A stretch of 64,000 bases of DNA from an uncultured Candidatus Rokubacteria bacterium (GTDB lineage: Bacteria > Methylomirabilota > Methylomirabilia > Rokubacteriales > CSP1-6), in the NCBI GenBank assembly GCA_963758635.1, contig CAVWWD010000003.1, positions 992,001 to 1,056,000 of the forward strand, in the 5' to 3' direction. Position 1 is the stretch's first letter. Each line of letters starts with the position of its first letter. Shown here piece after piece: positions 42,393 through 55,519 of the stretch. The notes under the pieces were generated by a model. The model ran no database searches, was not told the origin of the DNA, and saw only the letters and a list, made by a program, of their open reading frames with translations. A program made the translations under genes and the position numbers.

Positions 42393-42515
42393 GGGCGGGA
42401 GGATACCACGCGATGCGCGCGCCTCCCGGCGCCGCGCCGCGCGCGGGGCGCGAATTGACAGCCGCGTCCGGCGGATAGTAGCGTCGAAACGAGCGCGAGG
42501 GCCGCGCTCGACCGC

Positions 42516-43430
42516 ATGCCAAGACTCTTCCTCGCCACCCTCGGCCGCGGGCTCCTCCGCAGCGACGACCTGGGACGGAGCTGGAGCACGGAGCCCGGGC
42601 TTCCCGAAGACAGCCGCCTGCATGCGCTGAGCGCCGGCCCCGGCGAGCTGCTCGTGGGCGGTGACGGCCGCGTCTATCGCTACTCCGAGCGGACGTGGAG
42701 CGAGATGCCGCTGCCTCCCGGCAGCGGCGAGGTCTCGGCCCTCGCCGTGCTGGACAGCGCGATCCTCGCCGGCACGACGCCGCTCGGATTGCTGCGCTCG
42801 GCGGACGGCGGCCGGACGTGGGAGCGCCTCGACTTTCCGCCGGTGCCCTCCACGCCGGAGCGGCGCCCGCGCTTCACCGCGCTCCTGCCCAGCGCGGCGG
42901 TGGCCCAGGAGGTGTGGGCCGCGGCCGAGGTCGGCGGCGTCTTCGCGAGCAGCGACGCGGGCCGCACGTGGACGCCGGCAAGCGACGGCATGGCCTCGCT
43001 CGACGTTCACGCGCTGGCGTGGTCCTCCGGCGGCGTGCTCGTGGCGTCGACGCCCGCGGGCGTGGTGATCTGGCGGAGCGCGCGGTGGGTCGCCGGGCAG
43101 TTCGAGGGGTCCGACCGCTACTGTCGCGGCCTCGCCGTGCGGCCCGACCATCCCGGCACGCTCTTCTGCGGCTTCGGCGACCGGCCCGCCGGCGCCCGCG
43201 GCGGGATCGCGGTCTCCACGGACGGCGGACGCTCGTGGCGGGCCGCCGCGCTGGCTCCCGCGTCCGGCGAGCCCATCTGGTCGATCGCGGTCTCGGCGGA
43301 TGCGCCGGCGTTCGTCTTCGCCTGCTCGCTGGCCGGGCAGTCGTACGTCAGTGACGACGGCGTCGAGAGCTGGCGCGCGGCGGCGGGGGTGAGGGCGGAG
43401 GTCCGCGCCATCGCCTGCATGCCGGAGTGA
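42516..43430 (+). CDS. BNR/Asp-box beta-propeller protein
   Basis: Repeated S.D.G.TW/SW boxes. Confidence 0.8.
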   Translation: MPRLFLATLGRGLLRSDDLGRSWSTEPGLPEDSRLHALSAGPGELLVGGDGRVYRYSERTWSEMPLPPGSGEVSALAVLDSAILAGTTPLGLLRSADGGRTWERLDFPPVPSTPERRPRFTALLPSAAVAQEVWAAAEVGGVFASSDAGRTWTPASDGMASLDVHALAWSSGGVLVASTPAGVVIWRSARWVAGQFEGSDRYCRGLAVRPDHPGTLFCGFGDRPAGARGGIAVSTDGGRSWRAAALAPASGEPIWSIAVSADAPAFVFACSLAGQSYVSDDGVESWRAAAGVRAEVRAIACMPE

Positions 43431-43957
43431 GGAGAGACTCGTTGCGCATCATCCTGATGCGGCACGGCGAGGCCGGCCACAGCGATCCGCGGCGCTGGCC
43501 GGACGACCGGGACCGGCCGCTCACCGAGGCCGGTCACGCCGAGCACGGTGCGGTGGCCGACGCCCTCCGGCGCATGGGCCTCACGTTCGACCGGCTGCTG
43601 TCGAGCCCGCTCGTGCGCGCCCGCCAGACCGCCCGGATCACCGCCGATGCGTACGGCGGGCGGGAGGTCGAGCTGACCGAGGCCCTCGGCGACCGCGCCA
43701 CGCCCGAGGCGTTCCTGGCCCAGCTCCGCCCCCTCGCGGGTGATCACGACGCCGTGCTCTGCGTCGGCCACGAGCCGTTCCTGTCCCGGATCGCCGCGTT
43801 GCTGATCGCGGGGAGCGACCGCGCGCGTATCGAGATGCCGAAGAGCGGCGTGATCGCGGTCGAGTGCGAGGGCGCGCCCGCGCCCGGGACGTGCACGCTC
43901 CTGTTCCACTTCCGCCCCGGCGACCTCACCCGCCTCAGCCGGCCCACTCGATCCTGA
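43427..43957 (+). CDS. sixA: Phosphohistidine phosphatase SixA
   Basis: LMRHGEA, DRPLT, SSPLVRARQTA, VGHEP. Confidence 0.85.
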   Translation: MRRDSLRIILMRHGEAGHSDPRRWPDDRDRPLTEAGHAEHGAVADALRRMGLTFDRLLSSPLVRARQTARITADAYGGREVELTEALGDRATPEAFLAQLRPLAGDHDAVLCVGHEPFLSRIAALLIAGSDRARIEMPKSGVIAVECEGAPAPGTCTLLFHFRPGDLTRLSRPTRS

Positions 43958-45521
43958 CGCAGCCCGTGGCGACGGTCGTGGCCGGCGCTCCGCCGGGGGC
44001 CATGCCGGCCGCGACGAGCGCGTCCACGGCCTGTCGGTGCCGGAGGTTCCACTCGAACCACCGGCACGAGGCGACGCGCGAGCGGGCCGCGTAGCGCTCG
44101 CGGAGCCCCTCGCGAAGGGCGGGAACCGCGTCGGCCGCGCGCGTGAGGGTGGGCACGCCGTTCGGCGACAGCGACCAGACCAGGGACGGAGCGTCGAGCC
44201 GGCCCGTGGCGGCGTGGCGGGCGAGGTTCGCCCGCGCGATCCACGCCTCGTGGTTCCAGTAGGACAGGAGGACGACGCGGCTCATGCGCTCACCGCCTCG
44301 GGCAGGCCGGCGGCCCTCCGGGACTCAGCCCTTCACGCTCGCGGTCGGCGGGAGTGGGAGGGGAGGAGGGCGACGAAGGCGAGGGCGCCCAGCGCCAGCA
44401 CCCGCCGCACGAGCCGGGCGGCGTCGACGCCGCGGCGCCAGCCTCCGCGGCGAGGAGCGCCACGCCGAGCGCCATGACGACCATGTAGGCCTGGGCGTGG
44501 AGCCGCGTCGTCGTGAAGCCGTAGGCCGCCTCGTAGAGGCTCGCGCGGCGGAAGGCGGACGCGAGGAGCAGCGTCATCTCCGCCACGAGGACGAGCGAGA
44601 CGGCGCGCACCGACGGCCTCCCGCGCGCCGCGCGCGGCGTGCCGCTCGAGGCCCAGGAGGAGCAGCGTGCCGAGGGTCACGACGACGTGAGCTCCGCGAA
44701 CCCGCGGCGCGCGTACTCCGCGAACGTGATGCCGCTGCCCGCGACGGCGGCGGGATTGCCGAAGAGGTACGCGAGCTGGAGCGCGAAGAACGTGGTGAAG
44801 AGCGCCACCACGGAGGCGACCACGATGAGGCGCTCGACGTTGCGCGAAGCGGGCGGCGGGAGCGGGCGGGCCCGCGGGCGGCGCCGGCGCGGCGCGCAGG
44901 ACGGCGCCGAGCGCGCCGAGGGCAAGGACGAGGACGCAGAGGAAGAACGTCGTGCGGGGGAGGAAGGCGAGGCGCTCGAGCGCGTGGGCGATGCCGTCGC
45001 GCAGGTCGCCGAGCACGGGGTCGGCGCCGCCGAGGATGCTGCCGAGGGTCCCGACCACGACGAGGGCGGCGGCGCCGCCCCGGACCACGGGCCGCCAGCG
45101 GGTGCCGCCGAGGGCGTCGGCGAGAGCGCCGATGCGGCGGCTGCGCCTCGCCCACCGCCCGGATCGCGGTGACGGGCGCGGCGGTGAGGAGGCGCGGCGG
45201 CGTGATCCGCTCGGGCCGCGGGTCGCTCGGTGAGGCGCACCGCGGCGCCCAGCAGGACGACGACGCCGACGCCGGCCCAGAAGTGGAAGCTGCGATCGGC
45301 GGTCACCGCGACGCTGACGGCAGGAGGCACGCGAGGACGCCGAGCGCGCTCCGGACGCCCGGCCGGTGATCCGACGACGCTGGCCGAACGTCACGCCCGC
45401 GGCCACGGCGCCGACGGTCCAGAGTCCCCAGCTCAGCCCGGCCGTCGCGTCGTAGAGGGTCCAGGCGGCGAGGGCGGCGAGCCCGACGGCGGTCAGCCAG
45501 AGACGCGACGACGCGGCTCAT
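43935..45521 (-). pseudogene. DUF4173/DUF4153 multi-pass membrane protein, many frameshifts and an internal insert
   Basis: Fragments GADPV, QLAYLFG, TFAEYARRGF.EL, LYEAAYGFT..R, WNHEAWIARANL lie in different frames. Confidence 0.7.
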
Positions 45522-46264
45522 GCGCTCACCGTCGCGGGCAGGCCGCCGAAGCGACGCTGCCGCTTCCTGAACCGGGCCACCGCCGCGGCGAGGTCGCGCG
45601 CGCCCGAAGTCCGGCCACGGGCGCGCCACGAACAGGAGCTCCGCGTACGCGCTCTCCCACAGCAGGAAGTCGCTGAGGCGCTGCTCGCCGCCGGTGCGGA
45701 TCAAGAGGTCCACGTCGGGCGCTCGGCCGGCGCGCGCGCCCTCGGCGAGGCGGCGCGCGAAGGCCTCGCGCGTGGCGCGCGGTCGCGGCCCGAGGCGCCG
45801 CGCGGCGTCGAGGATCGCGTCGCGCCCCGAGTAGTCGATGGCCAGGCGCAGGCGCGAGCGCCCGGCCACGGGCGGTCAGCGCTTCCGCGCGCTCCATGGC
45901 CGCGCCGGAGCGTCGCGGGCAGCCGGTCCCGGCGCCCGATGACGGACAGGCGGATGTCCCGCTCGGCGAGGGCGCGGTCGTGAGCGGCGAGGAACCGCGC
46001 GGAAGATCGCGAGGAGCGCTCTGCACCTCGGCCCGCGGCCGCTTCCAGTTGTCGGCGGAGAAGGCGAAGAGGGTGAGGGTACCGATGCCGAGGGCAGGCG
46101 CGCGCTCGACGACGCCTCGCACCGCCGCCGCGCCCGCGCCGGTGGCCGGCCGACGCGCGGGAGCCCCGCGCCGTCGCCCAGCGGCCGTTGCCGTCCATGA
46201 TGATCGCCACGTGCAGGCCGTGCGGCGCGATGCGGCGAGAGCGGATGCAAGAAGAACTTTTCAT
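45518..46264 (-). CDS. uppS: Undecaprenyl diphosphate synthase paralog (several frameshifts)
   Basis: [57 protein letters not shown]. Confidence 0.85.
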
Positions 46265-46272
46265 TACAAAGT
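46256..46272. promoter_or_regulatory. Putative operator ACTTT-N7-AAAGT on the uppS start
   Basis: ACTTTTCATTACAAAGT; similar site at 47360. Confidence 0.55.
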
Positions 46273-46298
46273 ATCTCCTCAAAAAAAGGGTGCCGGGG

Positions 46299-46703
46299 TC
46301 AGCGCGTCAGGGTGTCGCGAGTCGCGCGGATGAGGGCCTCCATGTGGTCCAGGTAGCGCGCGAGCTCGCGCCGGCCGCGCGGCGGTGATCCGGTACTCCG
46401 TCTTCGGCCGCCGGCCCTCGAAGCTCTTGGTGCACGTGATGTACTGGGCGTCCTCGAGCTTGCGCGCGTGGACCGACAGGTTGCCGTCGGTGGTGTCCAT
46501 CAGCGCCTTGAGCGCGTTGAAGGTGAGCGACTCGGCGGCGGCGAGCGCGCTCACGATCCCGAGGCGCAGCCGGTGGTGGACGAGGCTGTCGAGCGTCGCG
46601 GGGCTCGGCGTCGGCGCGCGCGGCCGCGCCACCGCCGCGGAGCGGCGGGCGGCCGCGGCTCGCGCCGCTCCGTCCGCTTGCGCGCGGCTGCGCCCTCAGC
46701 CAC
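46299..46703 (-). CDS. Winged-helix (HTH_34/ArsR-like) transcriptional regulator (frameshifts)
   Basis: LDSLVHHRLRLGIVSAL, TDGNLSVHARKLE, KSFEGRRPKTEY. Confidence 0.85.
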
Positions 46704-47326
46704 CGTGGCGCGCTCCGATGGTGAGGCCGAGGGCCAGGTGGAGGACGCCGAAGCCGCCCACCAGGAGCCCGTCGCCCCACGCGGCGGGACCGAGCAGGGC
46801 CAGCGCGCCCAGCGCCATGAACCCGACGCCCGTGGCGGGCACCACGCGGACGGAGAACGCGCCGCCGGTGACGAGGCCGGCGCCGTAGAGGACCAGCCAG
46901 GCGCCCGGCAGGAGGTCCCAGGCCCTGCCCGACCAGGACCAGGCTGAGCAGCGCGCCGGCCACGAGGGGCGGGGCCAGGCTCAGGGCGAAGCGCCGGCCC
47001 GGGCCGCCGAGCGGCGACTCCTCCGTCCGGCGGGCCTTCCACCACGTGGAGACGGCCGCGCCACCGCCACGGACACCGCCGCGAGCGCGAGCCAGACCAT
47101 GAGCCAGCCTTCGCGCGTCGGCTGCCGTGCGGCGAGCCAGCCGCCGGGCACGGCAAGGGCGCCGATGGCGCGCCAGGCCCCAGCCCGAGAAGGCGGTGAA
47201 GGCCGACGCGCCCTCCATGGTCTGCGCGGATGTAGCGGAGGTCGGCGAGGGCCCGGTCGTGGAGGGCGGCGGGGGCTCCGCCAGCGCCTGCCGGACCGGC
47301 CCGCGCGGCATCGCCATGCGCTCCAT
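46696..47326 (-). CDS. Membrane protein (frameshifted)
   Basis: IRQTME.ASAFTAFSGWG, PPLVAGALL, WLVLYG, GGFGVLH. Confidence 0.7.
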
Positions 47327-47359
47327 CACTAGCCGAGCGGGCCAGCGATCATGTCAAGA

Positions 47360-47377
47360 ACTTTGTGATAGCAGAGT
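47360..47377. promoter_or_regulatory. Putative operator upstream of the cassette
   Basis: ACTTTGTGATAGCAGAGT, next to a - strand TTGACA. Confidence 0.45.
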
Positions 47378-47414
47378 AAAGCGGAGTCGCGGCGTGAGCG
47401 ATCTCTGTGCGAAC

Positions 47415-48276
47415 TCAGCCCTTCACCGCTCCCGCGGTCAGGCCGGACACGTAGTAATCGAGGAAGAAGACGTAGATGGCCACGATGGGGACGGAGGCGA
47501 GCACGGCGCCGGCCATCAGGGAGCCCCAGTAGTAGATGTCGCCCCGGATCAGGTCGGCGGTGACGCCCACGACCGCCGTCTTGTTCTGGGTCTGGGAGAT
47601 GAAGGTGAGCGCGTACGTGAACTCGTTCCAGGTGAGCGTGAAGCCGAAGAGGATGACGCAGACGATGCCCGGGATGGCCATGGGCAGCACGATGCGGGTG
47701 AGCGTCTGCATGCGGCTGGCGCCGTCGACCAGCGCGCACTCCTCGACCTCGCGCGGGATCGTCCGGAAGTAGCCCATCAAGAGCCACGTCGAGAACGGCA
47801 CCAGGAAGGTCGGGTAGGTCACGATCAGCGCCCAGATCGTGTCGGAGATCCCGAGCCACACCACCACCTGCGACAGCGGCAGGAACAGCAGCGTCGGTGG
47901 CACCAGGTAGGTGATGAACACGGCGGTGCCGAAGGAGTTCACGCCGGGGAACCGCAGCCGGGCCAGGCTGTAGCCGGCGAAGGTGGCGATGACGAGCGAG
48001 ATCGCCGTCGAGACCACGCTGATGATGAAGCTGTTCTTGATCCACGTCCAGAACTCGGTCTTGAAGAACAGGTAGTGGTAGTGCTCGGTCACGACCCCGG
48101 TCTGGATGAGGAACGGCACCGCCTTGAGGTCGTAGAGCTCCGCGTCCTGCTTGAGCGACGTGATCACCATGAAGTAGAACGGGAACACCGCGAAGGCGAC
48201 GAAGGGGATGATGTTCGTGTACCCCCACGCCGCCGACAGGGCCGTTCGCGCGCCGACTGCGGACCCCGACGTGCAC
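47415..48276 (-). CDS. CUT1 ABC permease (MalG-like; N-terminal indels)
   Basis: EVEECALVDGA EAA loop, WNEF, GLTAGAVKG. Confidence 0.88.
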
Positions 48277-48278
48277 GG

Positions 48279-49216
48279 TCAGTCCTTGCGGATGTAGCGC
48301 AGCTGGATGAAGACGACGGCGGCCAGCACGGGGAACAGGAAGAGCGAGATGGCCGCGCCCTGCCCGAGGTTGCCCCCCACCAGGCCCTGCTGGTAGGCGA
48401 GGGTGGCGAACAGATGCGTGGTGTTGACGGGGCCGACCGCGCGTGAGCACCTGGACGATGTTGAAGTCGGCGAACGTGAAGATCGTGGAGAACAGGATCA
48501 CCACCGCGAGCACCGGCTTGAGGAGCGGGACGGTCACGCGCCAGAACCGGCCCCACGCGCCGGCGCCGTCCACCTCCGCCGCCTCGTAGTACTCGCGCGG
48601 GATCGAGACCAGCCCGGCGAGGACGACGATGGCGAAGAACGGCAGCCCCCGCCAGACGTTGACGGCGATGATCGCGACCATCGCGTACTCCGTCATGCCG
48701 AGCCAGTTGGGCCCGGGGGCGGTGATGAGGCCGAGCCGGATGCCCGTCCAGTTCACGACGCTGTAGAGCGAGTCGAACATCCACCACCACGCGAGCATGG
48801 ACAGCGCCGTGGGCAGCACCCACGGCAGGAGGACCGCGCCCGGATGAGGCGCTTGAACTTGAAGTTGCGGTGGAGCAGCATCGCCAGCCACACGCCGAGC
48901 ACGGTCTTGAGGACCACCGCCCAGAAGGTGAAGAAGAACGAGTTCCAGACCGTGCGCTGGAACACCTCGCACCGGAGCACGTCCTGGAAGTTCTTGAGGC
49001 CGATGAACTCACCGGGAGAGCCCACCCAGTAGTCCGACAGGCTGAAGTAGATGGCCATGCCGAACGGATAGGCGACGAGGCACACGATGAGCAGGAGCGC
49101 GGGGAGGATCAGGCCGTAGCCGAAGACCTCCTCGCGCTCCCACCAATCGCGCAGGCGCGCGAGACCGCCGGGGAGGGCACCCCGGCGGCCTCGAGCGCGC
49201 GCGGCCCGACGGCCAT
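48279..49216 (-). CDS. CUT1 ABC permease (MalF-like; frameshifts)
   Basis: LLPWVLP, VWRGLPF, YYEAAEVDGA. Confidence 0.85.
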
Positions 49217-49219
49217 GAG

Positions 49220-50537
49220 CTAGGCCTTGCCCTTTGTTTCGAGCTTGCCCTGCGTGGCGAGCTTGATCTGGTCTTCCGCCCAGGCCATGGCGCGCTTGGT
49301 CGGCATGCCGCTGATGGCCTTGGCGAGCATGTCGGGCAGCACGTAGTTGATGTCGATCGAGCTGGACGGCGGCGTTGGGCTTGGCCGGCCAGCCGGGGCG
49401 TGCGCGTGCTCGGCCTCCGCCGGCAGCATGGCGAACTTCGGGTTCTTCGCCCAGATCGGGTGATCGGCGAAGTGCCGGAGCGGCGGGTGGTTGAACGCGT
49501 TGGCCGATACGATCCACGCGTCGAAGTTTTCCTTCTGGAAGAGGTACTTGATGAAGTCCTTGGCGAGCTGGTGGTTCTTGGAGAACTTCCAGATGCCGAT
49601 GGCGTTGATGGGCGGCGCCGAGTGCGCGCCCGCCGGACCCTTTGGGCTCGGATGGTGATTGATCTCGTCGGCGATCGGCATCTTCTTGGCGAGCGCCGCG
49701 TTGTACGGGCTGATGGGGTTGTGGATCCACGACCCCTTGCCGGACAGGATGAAGCGATTGTTGGAGGCGTCGTCCCAGGAGAGCACCTCCGGCTCCATCG
49801 CGTCCTTGTACAGCTCCTTGTACCACTCGATCACCTGCGCGGTCTTGTCGGTGTTGATGGCGGAGGTCTTGCCGTCGGCTTCCAGCACCTTGCCGCCGTA
49901 GCACCAGTTGACCGCCCAGAACGTCGTGTTCGCGTCGGCGCAGTGGCTGATGGGGATGCCCACGGGATTGCCCTGCTTCTTGAGGACCTTGCCGTGCTTG
50001 AGCAGCTCGTCCCACGTCTTCGGGTACTGCCAGCCCGGCCTTCTTGAAGTGGACCTCGTTGTACGTCGCCGGGAAGGAGATCCAGAACCACGGGACGGCC
50101 TTCCAGCCCGAGGGTGTCCGCGCGACCTCCTCCGAGAAGGGATACCATCCGCCGTACTTCTTGCCGAGCTCGTCGATGATGTCGCCCACGTCCACGAGGT
50201 TTTGCTCGAAGAGGAACGGGTAGGACCCGCCGGCGAGGATCATGTCGTGCCCGGACTGGGACTGGACCTCCGCGGCGTACTTGGCGGGCAGCTGCAGGTG
50301 GGCGATCGTGTCCACCCGCACGGTGACGCCGGCCTTCTTGCTGAACTCCTCGGCCTGCCGGCGGAGCTCGTCGTCGGCGGCGGGCACGAAGTGGTTCCAG
50401 GACAGGAAGGTCAGCTCTCGCTTCTGGGCGAAGGCGGGCGGCTTGCCAAGGGCCAGCCAGGAGGCCATCCCGGCCCCGGTGGCGGCGGTGGCGGTCAGGA
50501 ATCGGCGTCGATCGGTGCGGGCTGTCGGTCGCTCCAT
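49220..50537 (-). CDS. CUT1 ABC substrate-binding protein, Tat signal (frameshifts near 50025 and 49395)
   Basis: DRRRFL, WNHFVP, WDDASNNR. Confidence 0.88.
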
Positions 50538-50671
50538 AGAGAACCTCCATTCGTTCGTTGAAGGGTATCTCCGGCGTACGCGAGCGAGCGAACCTGATGC
50601 GGGGCGTCAGCCTTCTACGGCGTCGTCTCCTTCCTGGGCCCGTGGCGCAGGGCGGTCAAGGCAGGGACGGC

Positions 50672-51776
<1,105 letters not shown>

Positions 51777-51867
51777 GGCGACCTCGCTGTCTCGTTGAAG
51801 TTTCGCCCCCGCGGAGGATCCCCGGAAGGGCGGCCAGATACTAGCACACTCGCCGCGGGTCGGGCGC

Positions 51868-52744
51868 CTACCCCTTCACGGAGCCCGTGAGCCCGGCCAC
51901 GTAGTACTCGACGAAGAACGAGTACATGAGGGCGATGGGCACCGAGCCGAGCAGCGCCCCCGCCATGAGCGGCCCCCAGTAGAAGACGTCGCCCCGGATC
52001 AGCTCGGACACCACGCCCACCGGCACCGTCTTCTGCTGGGGCGAGGAGAGGAACACGAGCGCGTACAGGAACTCGTTCCACGACAGCGTGAAGGCGAAGA
52101 TCCCCGCGGAGAGGATCCCCGGCGTGGCGATGGGGAAGATCACCTGGACCATGGCGCGGATCCGCGTGGCCCCGTCGATGCGGGCGCACTCCTCGAGCTC
52201 GCGCGGGATGGTCTTGAAGTACCCCATGAGGAGCCACGTGCAGAACGGGATCAGGAACGTCGGGTACGTGAGGATGAGCGACCACGCGCTGTCGCCCAGC
52301 CTGAAGTTCCGGATGATGTCGGCGAGGGGGATGAAGAGCAGGGTGGGCGGCACGAGGTACGTCACGAAGATGCTGGTGCCGAGGCCCCCCGCCATCGGGA
52401 ACTTGAGGCGGGCGAGGGCGTAGCCGGCGAGGAGCCCGCAGAACAGCGAGATCAGCGTGGAGACGAGGGCGATGAACATCGTGTTCCACAGCCACGTGGC
52501 GAACATCGTCTGGCCGAACAGGTTCTGGACGTGCTCGAGCGTGGGGTTCGTCGTCCAGAAGGGCGTGTTGTTGGCGGCGCGCCACGGCCGGTAGAGCTCC
52601 CCGTCGGGACGGAAGGCGGTGACGAGCATCCAGTAGAAGGGGAACAGGGTTCCGACGATGAAGAACGCGCATGGGCACGTAGAAGTACACCCAGCGGCGC
52701 CACAGGGCCCCTTCGACCATGCTCGAGCCCGCGCGCTCCGCCAT
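51868..52744 (-). CDS. CUT1 ABC permease (MalG-like; frameshift near 52670)
   Basis: [18 protein letters not shown]. Confidence 0.88.
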
Positions 52745-53721
52745 CAGCGTCCCTCGACCCGCCGGATGTACCAGAGCTGGATGACCACGATCACGAAGAG
52801 CAGCGGGAACATGGCGAGCGACGCCGCCGCGCCCTCGCCGAGGAGGCCGGTGATGATCCCGATCTGGTACGCGTAGGTGGCGAACAGGTGCGTGGAGTTG
52901 GCGGGGCCGCCGCCGGTCAGCACGTACACGAGCTGGAAGTCGGCGAAGGTCTGGATCACGGAGAAGAGCGTCACCACCATGGTCACGGGCAGCAGCAGCG
53001 GCCACGTGATCCGCCAGAAGCGCTGCCACGCCGTGGCGCCGTCGATGGCCGCCGCCTCGTGGAGCTCGGGATTCACGGTCTGCAGCCCGGCGAGGAGCGA
53101 GATGGCGTAGAACGGCATGCCGCGCCACACGTTCACCGCGATGACCGAGAGAAGGGCCAGGGTCGGATCGGTCAGCCAGCCGACGCGGACCTGGATGAGC
53201 CCGAGCTGGTAGAGCGTCCAGTTGAGCACGCTGAACGTGGGATCGAACATCCACTTCCAGGCGAAGGTCGAGAGCACGGTGGGGACGATGAAGGGCAGCA
53301 GCATGGCCGCCCGGACCAGCCGCTTGCCGCGGAAGTGGCGGTTCAGCAGGATGGCCAGCCACATGCCGAGGGCGAGCTTGGCCACGGTGGCGATGCCGGT
53401 GTAGACGAACGTGTTGTACGCCGCGCGCTGGAAGATCGAGTCGTTCCAGATCTTGACGAAGTTCTTGAACAGGACGAACTCGCCGACCTGGCCCACCGAC
53501 GCGCTCGTCAGCGAGATCCAGATGCCCTTGACGAACGGATACGCGATGAACAGCGTGAGCAGGATGACGGTGGGGAGCAGGAGCAGGACGCCGAGGACGC
53601 GCTCGTCCTCGAGGAGCCGGTGCACCAGGCTCCCGCGCGCCTGGGCGCGGGGCACGGTGGCGAGGCGGGCCGCGACCTGGCCCGCCTCCCCCGCGCCGCC
53701 CCTGATCGGGTTCACCGCCAT
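52744..53721 (-). CDS. CUT1 ABC permease (MalF-like)
   Basis: LLPFIVP, LHEAAAIDGA, TGGGPANST. Confidence 0.9.
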   Translation of the reverse strand: MAVNPIRGGAGEAGQVAARLATVPRAQARGSLVHRLLEDERVLGVLLLLPTVILLTLFIAYPFVKGIWISLTSASVGQVGEFVLFKNFVKIWNDSIFQRAAYNTFVYTGIATVAKLALGMWLAILLNRHFRGKRLVRAAMLLPFIVPTVLSTFAWKWMFDPTFSVLNWTLYQLGLIQVRVGWLTDPTLALLSVIAVNVWRGMPFYAISLLAGLQTVNPELHEAAAIDGATAWQRFWRITWPLLLPVTMVVTLFSVIQTFADFQLVYVLTGGGPANSTHLFATYAYQIGIITGLLGEGAAASLAMFPLLFVIVVIQLWYIRRVEGR

Positions 53722-53831
53722 CGGCGGATCAGAGATCGTGGATGGATGGCGAGAGGGCGCGCCGCGAGTCCGCGGAATCGCGGTGTTGAGCCCGCTCGCT
53801 GAAGCCGAAAGCCGCATCCGGTCACAAGCCT

Positions 53832-55177
53832 CTAGACGTAGATCTTCTTCAGCTCGGTCTCCGCCCAGGCTCACGGCCTCTTCCGGCTTCATGCCCTGGA
53901 TGGCCTTCGCGAACAGGTCCACGATGATGTACTTCGAGTAGACCTCGGTGGCCTTGGCCGACGGCGGGCCCGCGAAGCCGAAGAACCGGAACGAGAGCGC
54001 CGACGTCTTGTACGGCAGCATGACCGGGTCCTGGTCCCACATCTTGTGCTTCTGCCAGGCGTTCGTCGCGCCCACGCTGAAGCCGCGCTGGGGCACGAAC
54101 CACGGCCTCGTAGTTCTCCGTCTTGTGGATGAAGCGGATGAGGTCCTTGGCGAGCTTCTGGTTCTTGCCGTAGCCCATCACCGCGTGGTGGAAGCCCGCG
54201 TGGTAGTGGAAGCGTCCGGCGGGGCCGGCGGGCATCGGCGCGTGCTGGATGTCCGTGTGCATCAGCGCGCCCTTGTCCGTCTTGTACTTGTCCTTGTTGC
54301 GAAGGGACTCGACGTAGATCGACGCGCCGTTCAGCGTGGCCGAGATGGTCCCGGACAGGAACGCGCGGTTGTTGTTGCTGTCGTCCCAGGCGAGCCCGCC
54401 CTCGTCGCAGGCCTCCTTCCAGAAGGCCACGGCGAACTTCACCGCCTCCAGCGTCTCCTTGGAGTTGATCGCGACCTTGCCGTCCTTCGTGAGCTCCTGC
54501 CCGCCCCACGACCAGAGGAAGGCGTACCAGAAGCCGGGCGCGTCGCCGAAGGTGTGGCCGGCGGTCTGCCCGACGGGAAAGCCCTTGGCCTTGAGCTTCT
54601 TGCCGACCTCACGGTACTCCTGCCACGTCTTCGGGAACTCCTTCGCGCCGACTTCGTCGAAGAGCGACTTCCGGTATGCGATCTGGCCGGGCACGATCGT
54701 ATGAGGCACGGCCCGCCACGTGGTGCCGACCTTGCACGCGGCCTGGCACGCCTCGTAGTAGCCGCCCTCCGCCTTGCCGATTGGCTCCGCCACGTCGCCC
54801 ACGTCCACGAGGCTCGTCGCGTAGAGGTGCGGCCAGTTGTGGAGCATGTGGATGATGTCGGGCCCGGTGCCGGACTGGATGGCCGCGGTGATGCGGGGCT
54901 GGAGATCGTTGGCGTTGATGCGCTCGAGGGTGATCTGGGCGCCCAGCGCCTTGTTCGCGTCGGTCACGATCTTGGCCAGCGCCTCGTCGGCGGCGGGCAC
55001 GAAGTCGTTCCAGCGCAGGAGGTGGAGCTTCGTGCCCTGCGCGTACGCCGGAGCCCGGCGCGATCCGAGGATGCCCTCGATGCCCGCCGCCGCTCCCGCC
55101 GCGCCGGCCGCCTTGATGAAGGTCCGGCGATCGACGGCGCTCGGGGCGACGGCGTCCTGCTGCTTCGGCGTGTCCAT
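53832..55177 (-). CDS. CUT1 ABC substrate-binding protein, Tat signal (frameshifts near 54105 and 53870)
   Basis: DRRTFIK, WNDFVP, WDDSNNNR. Confidence 0.88.
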
Positions 55178-55519
55178 GGTCACAGTCCTCCTTGACGTGA
55201 TGGGTGGCTTCGCATTCCGAACCGGGCCGGGGCGGGGCTTGTTCCCGGGCACGTGCGCGCGCGGGCTACCGATGGCGCGGCCGGGGAAGGAGCCGCCGCC
55301 GGCGTCACTCGCTGGAGATCATCACAACCTCGGGAAATCTTGAGGGTTCCTTCCGGTGAGACGTGGCGCATTGTTGACCGGAAGTGGCGGACCTGTCAAC
55401 GGGAAAACGGGACGCCGGCCCGCGGGCCGCGCTCACGTGGACGCTGGCGAATCGCGACGGTCCTGGCATACTCTGGTGCGCCGTGAGCCCGCTGTGACGA
55501 GAAGGAGAGGGAGAAGCCC

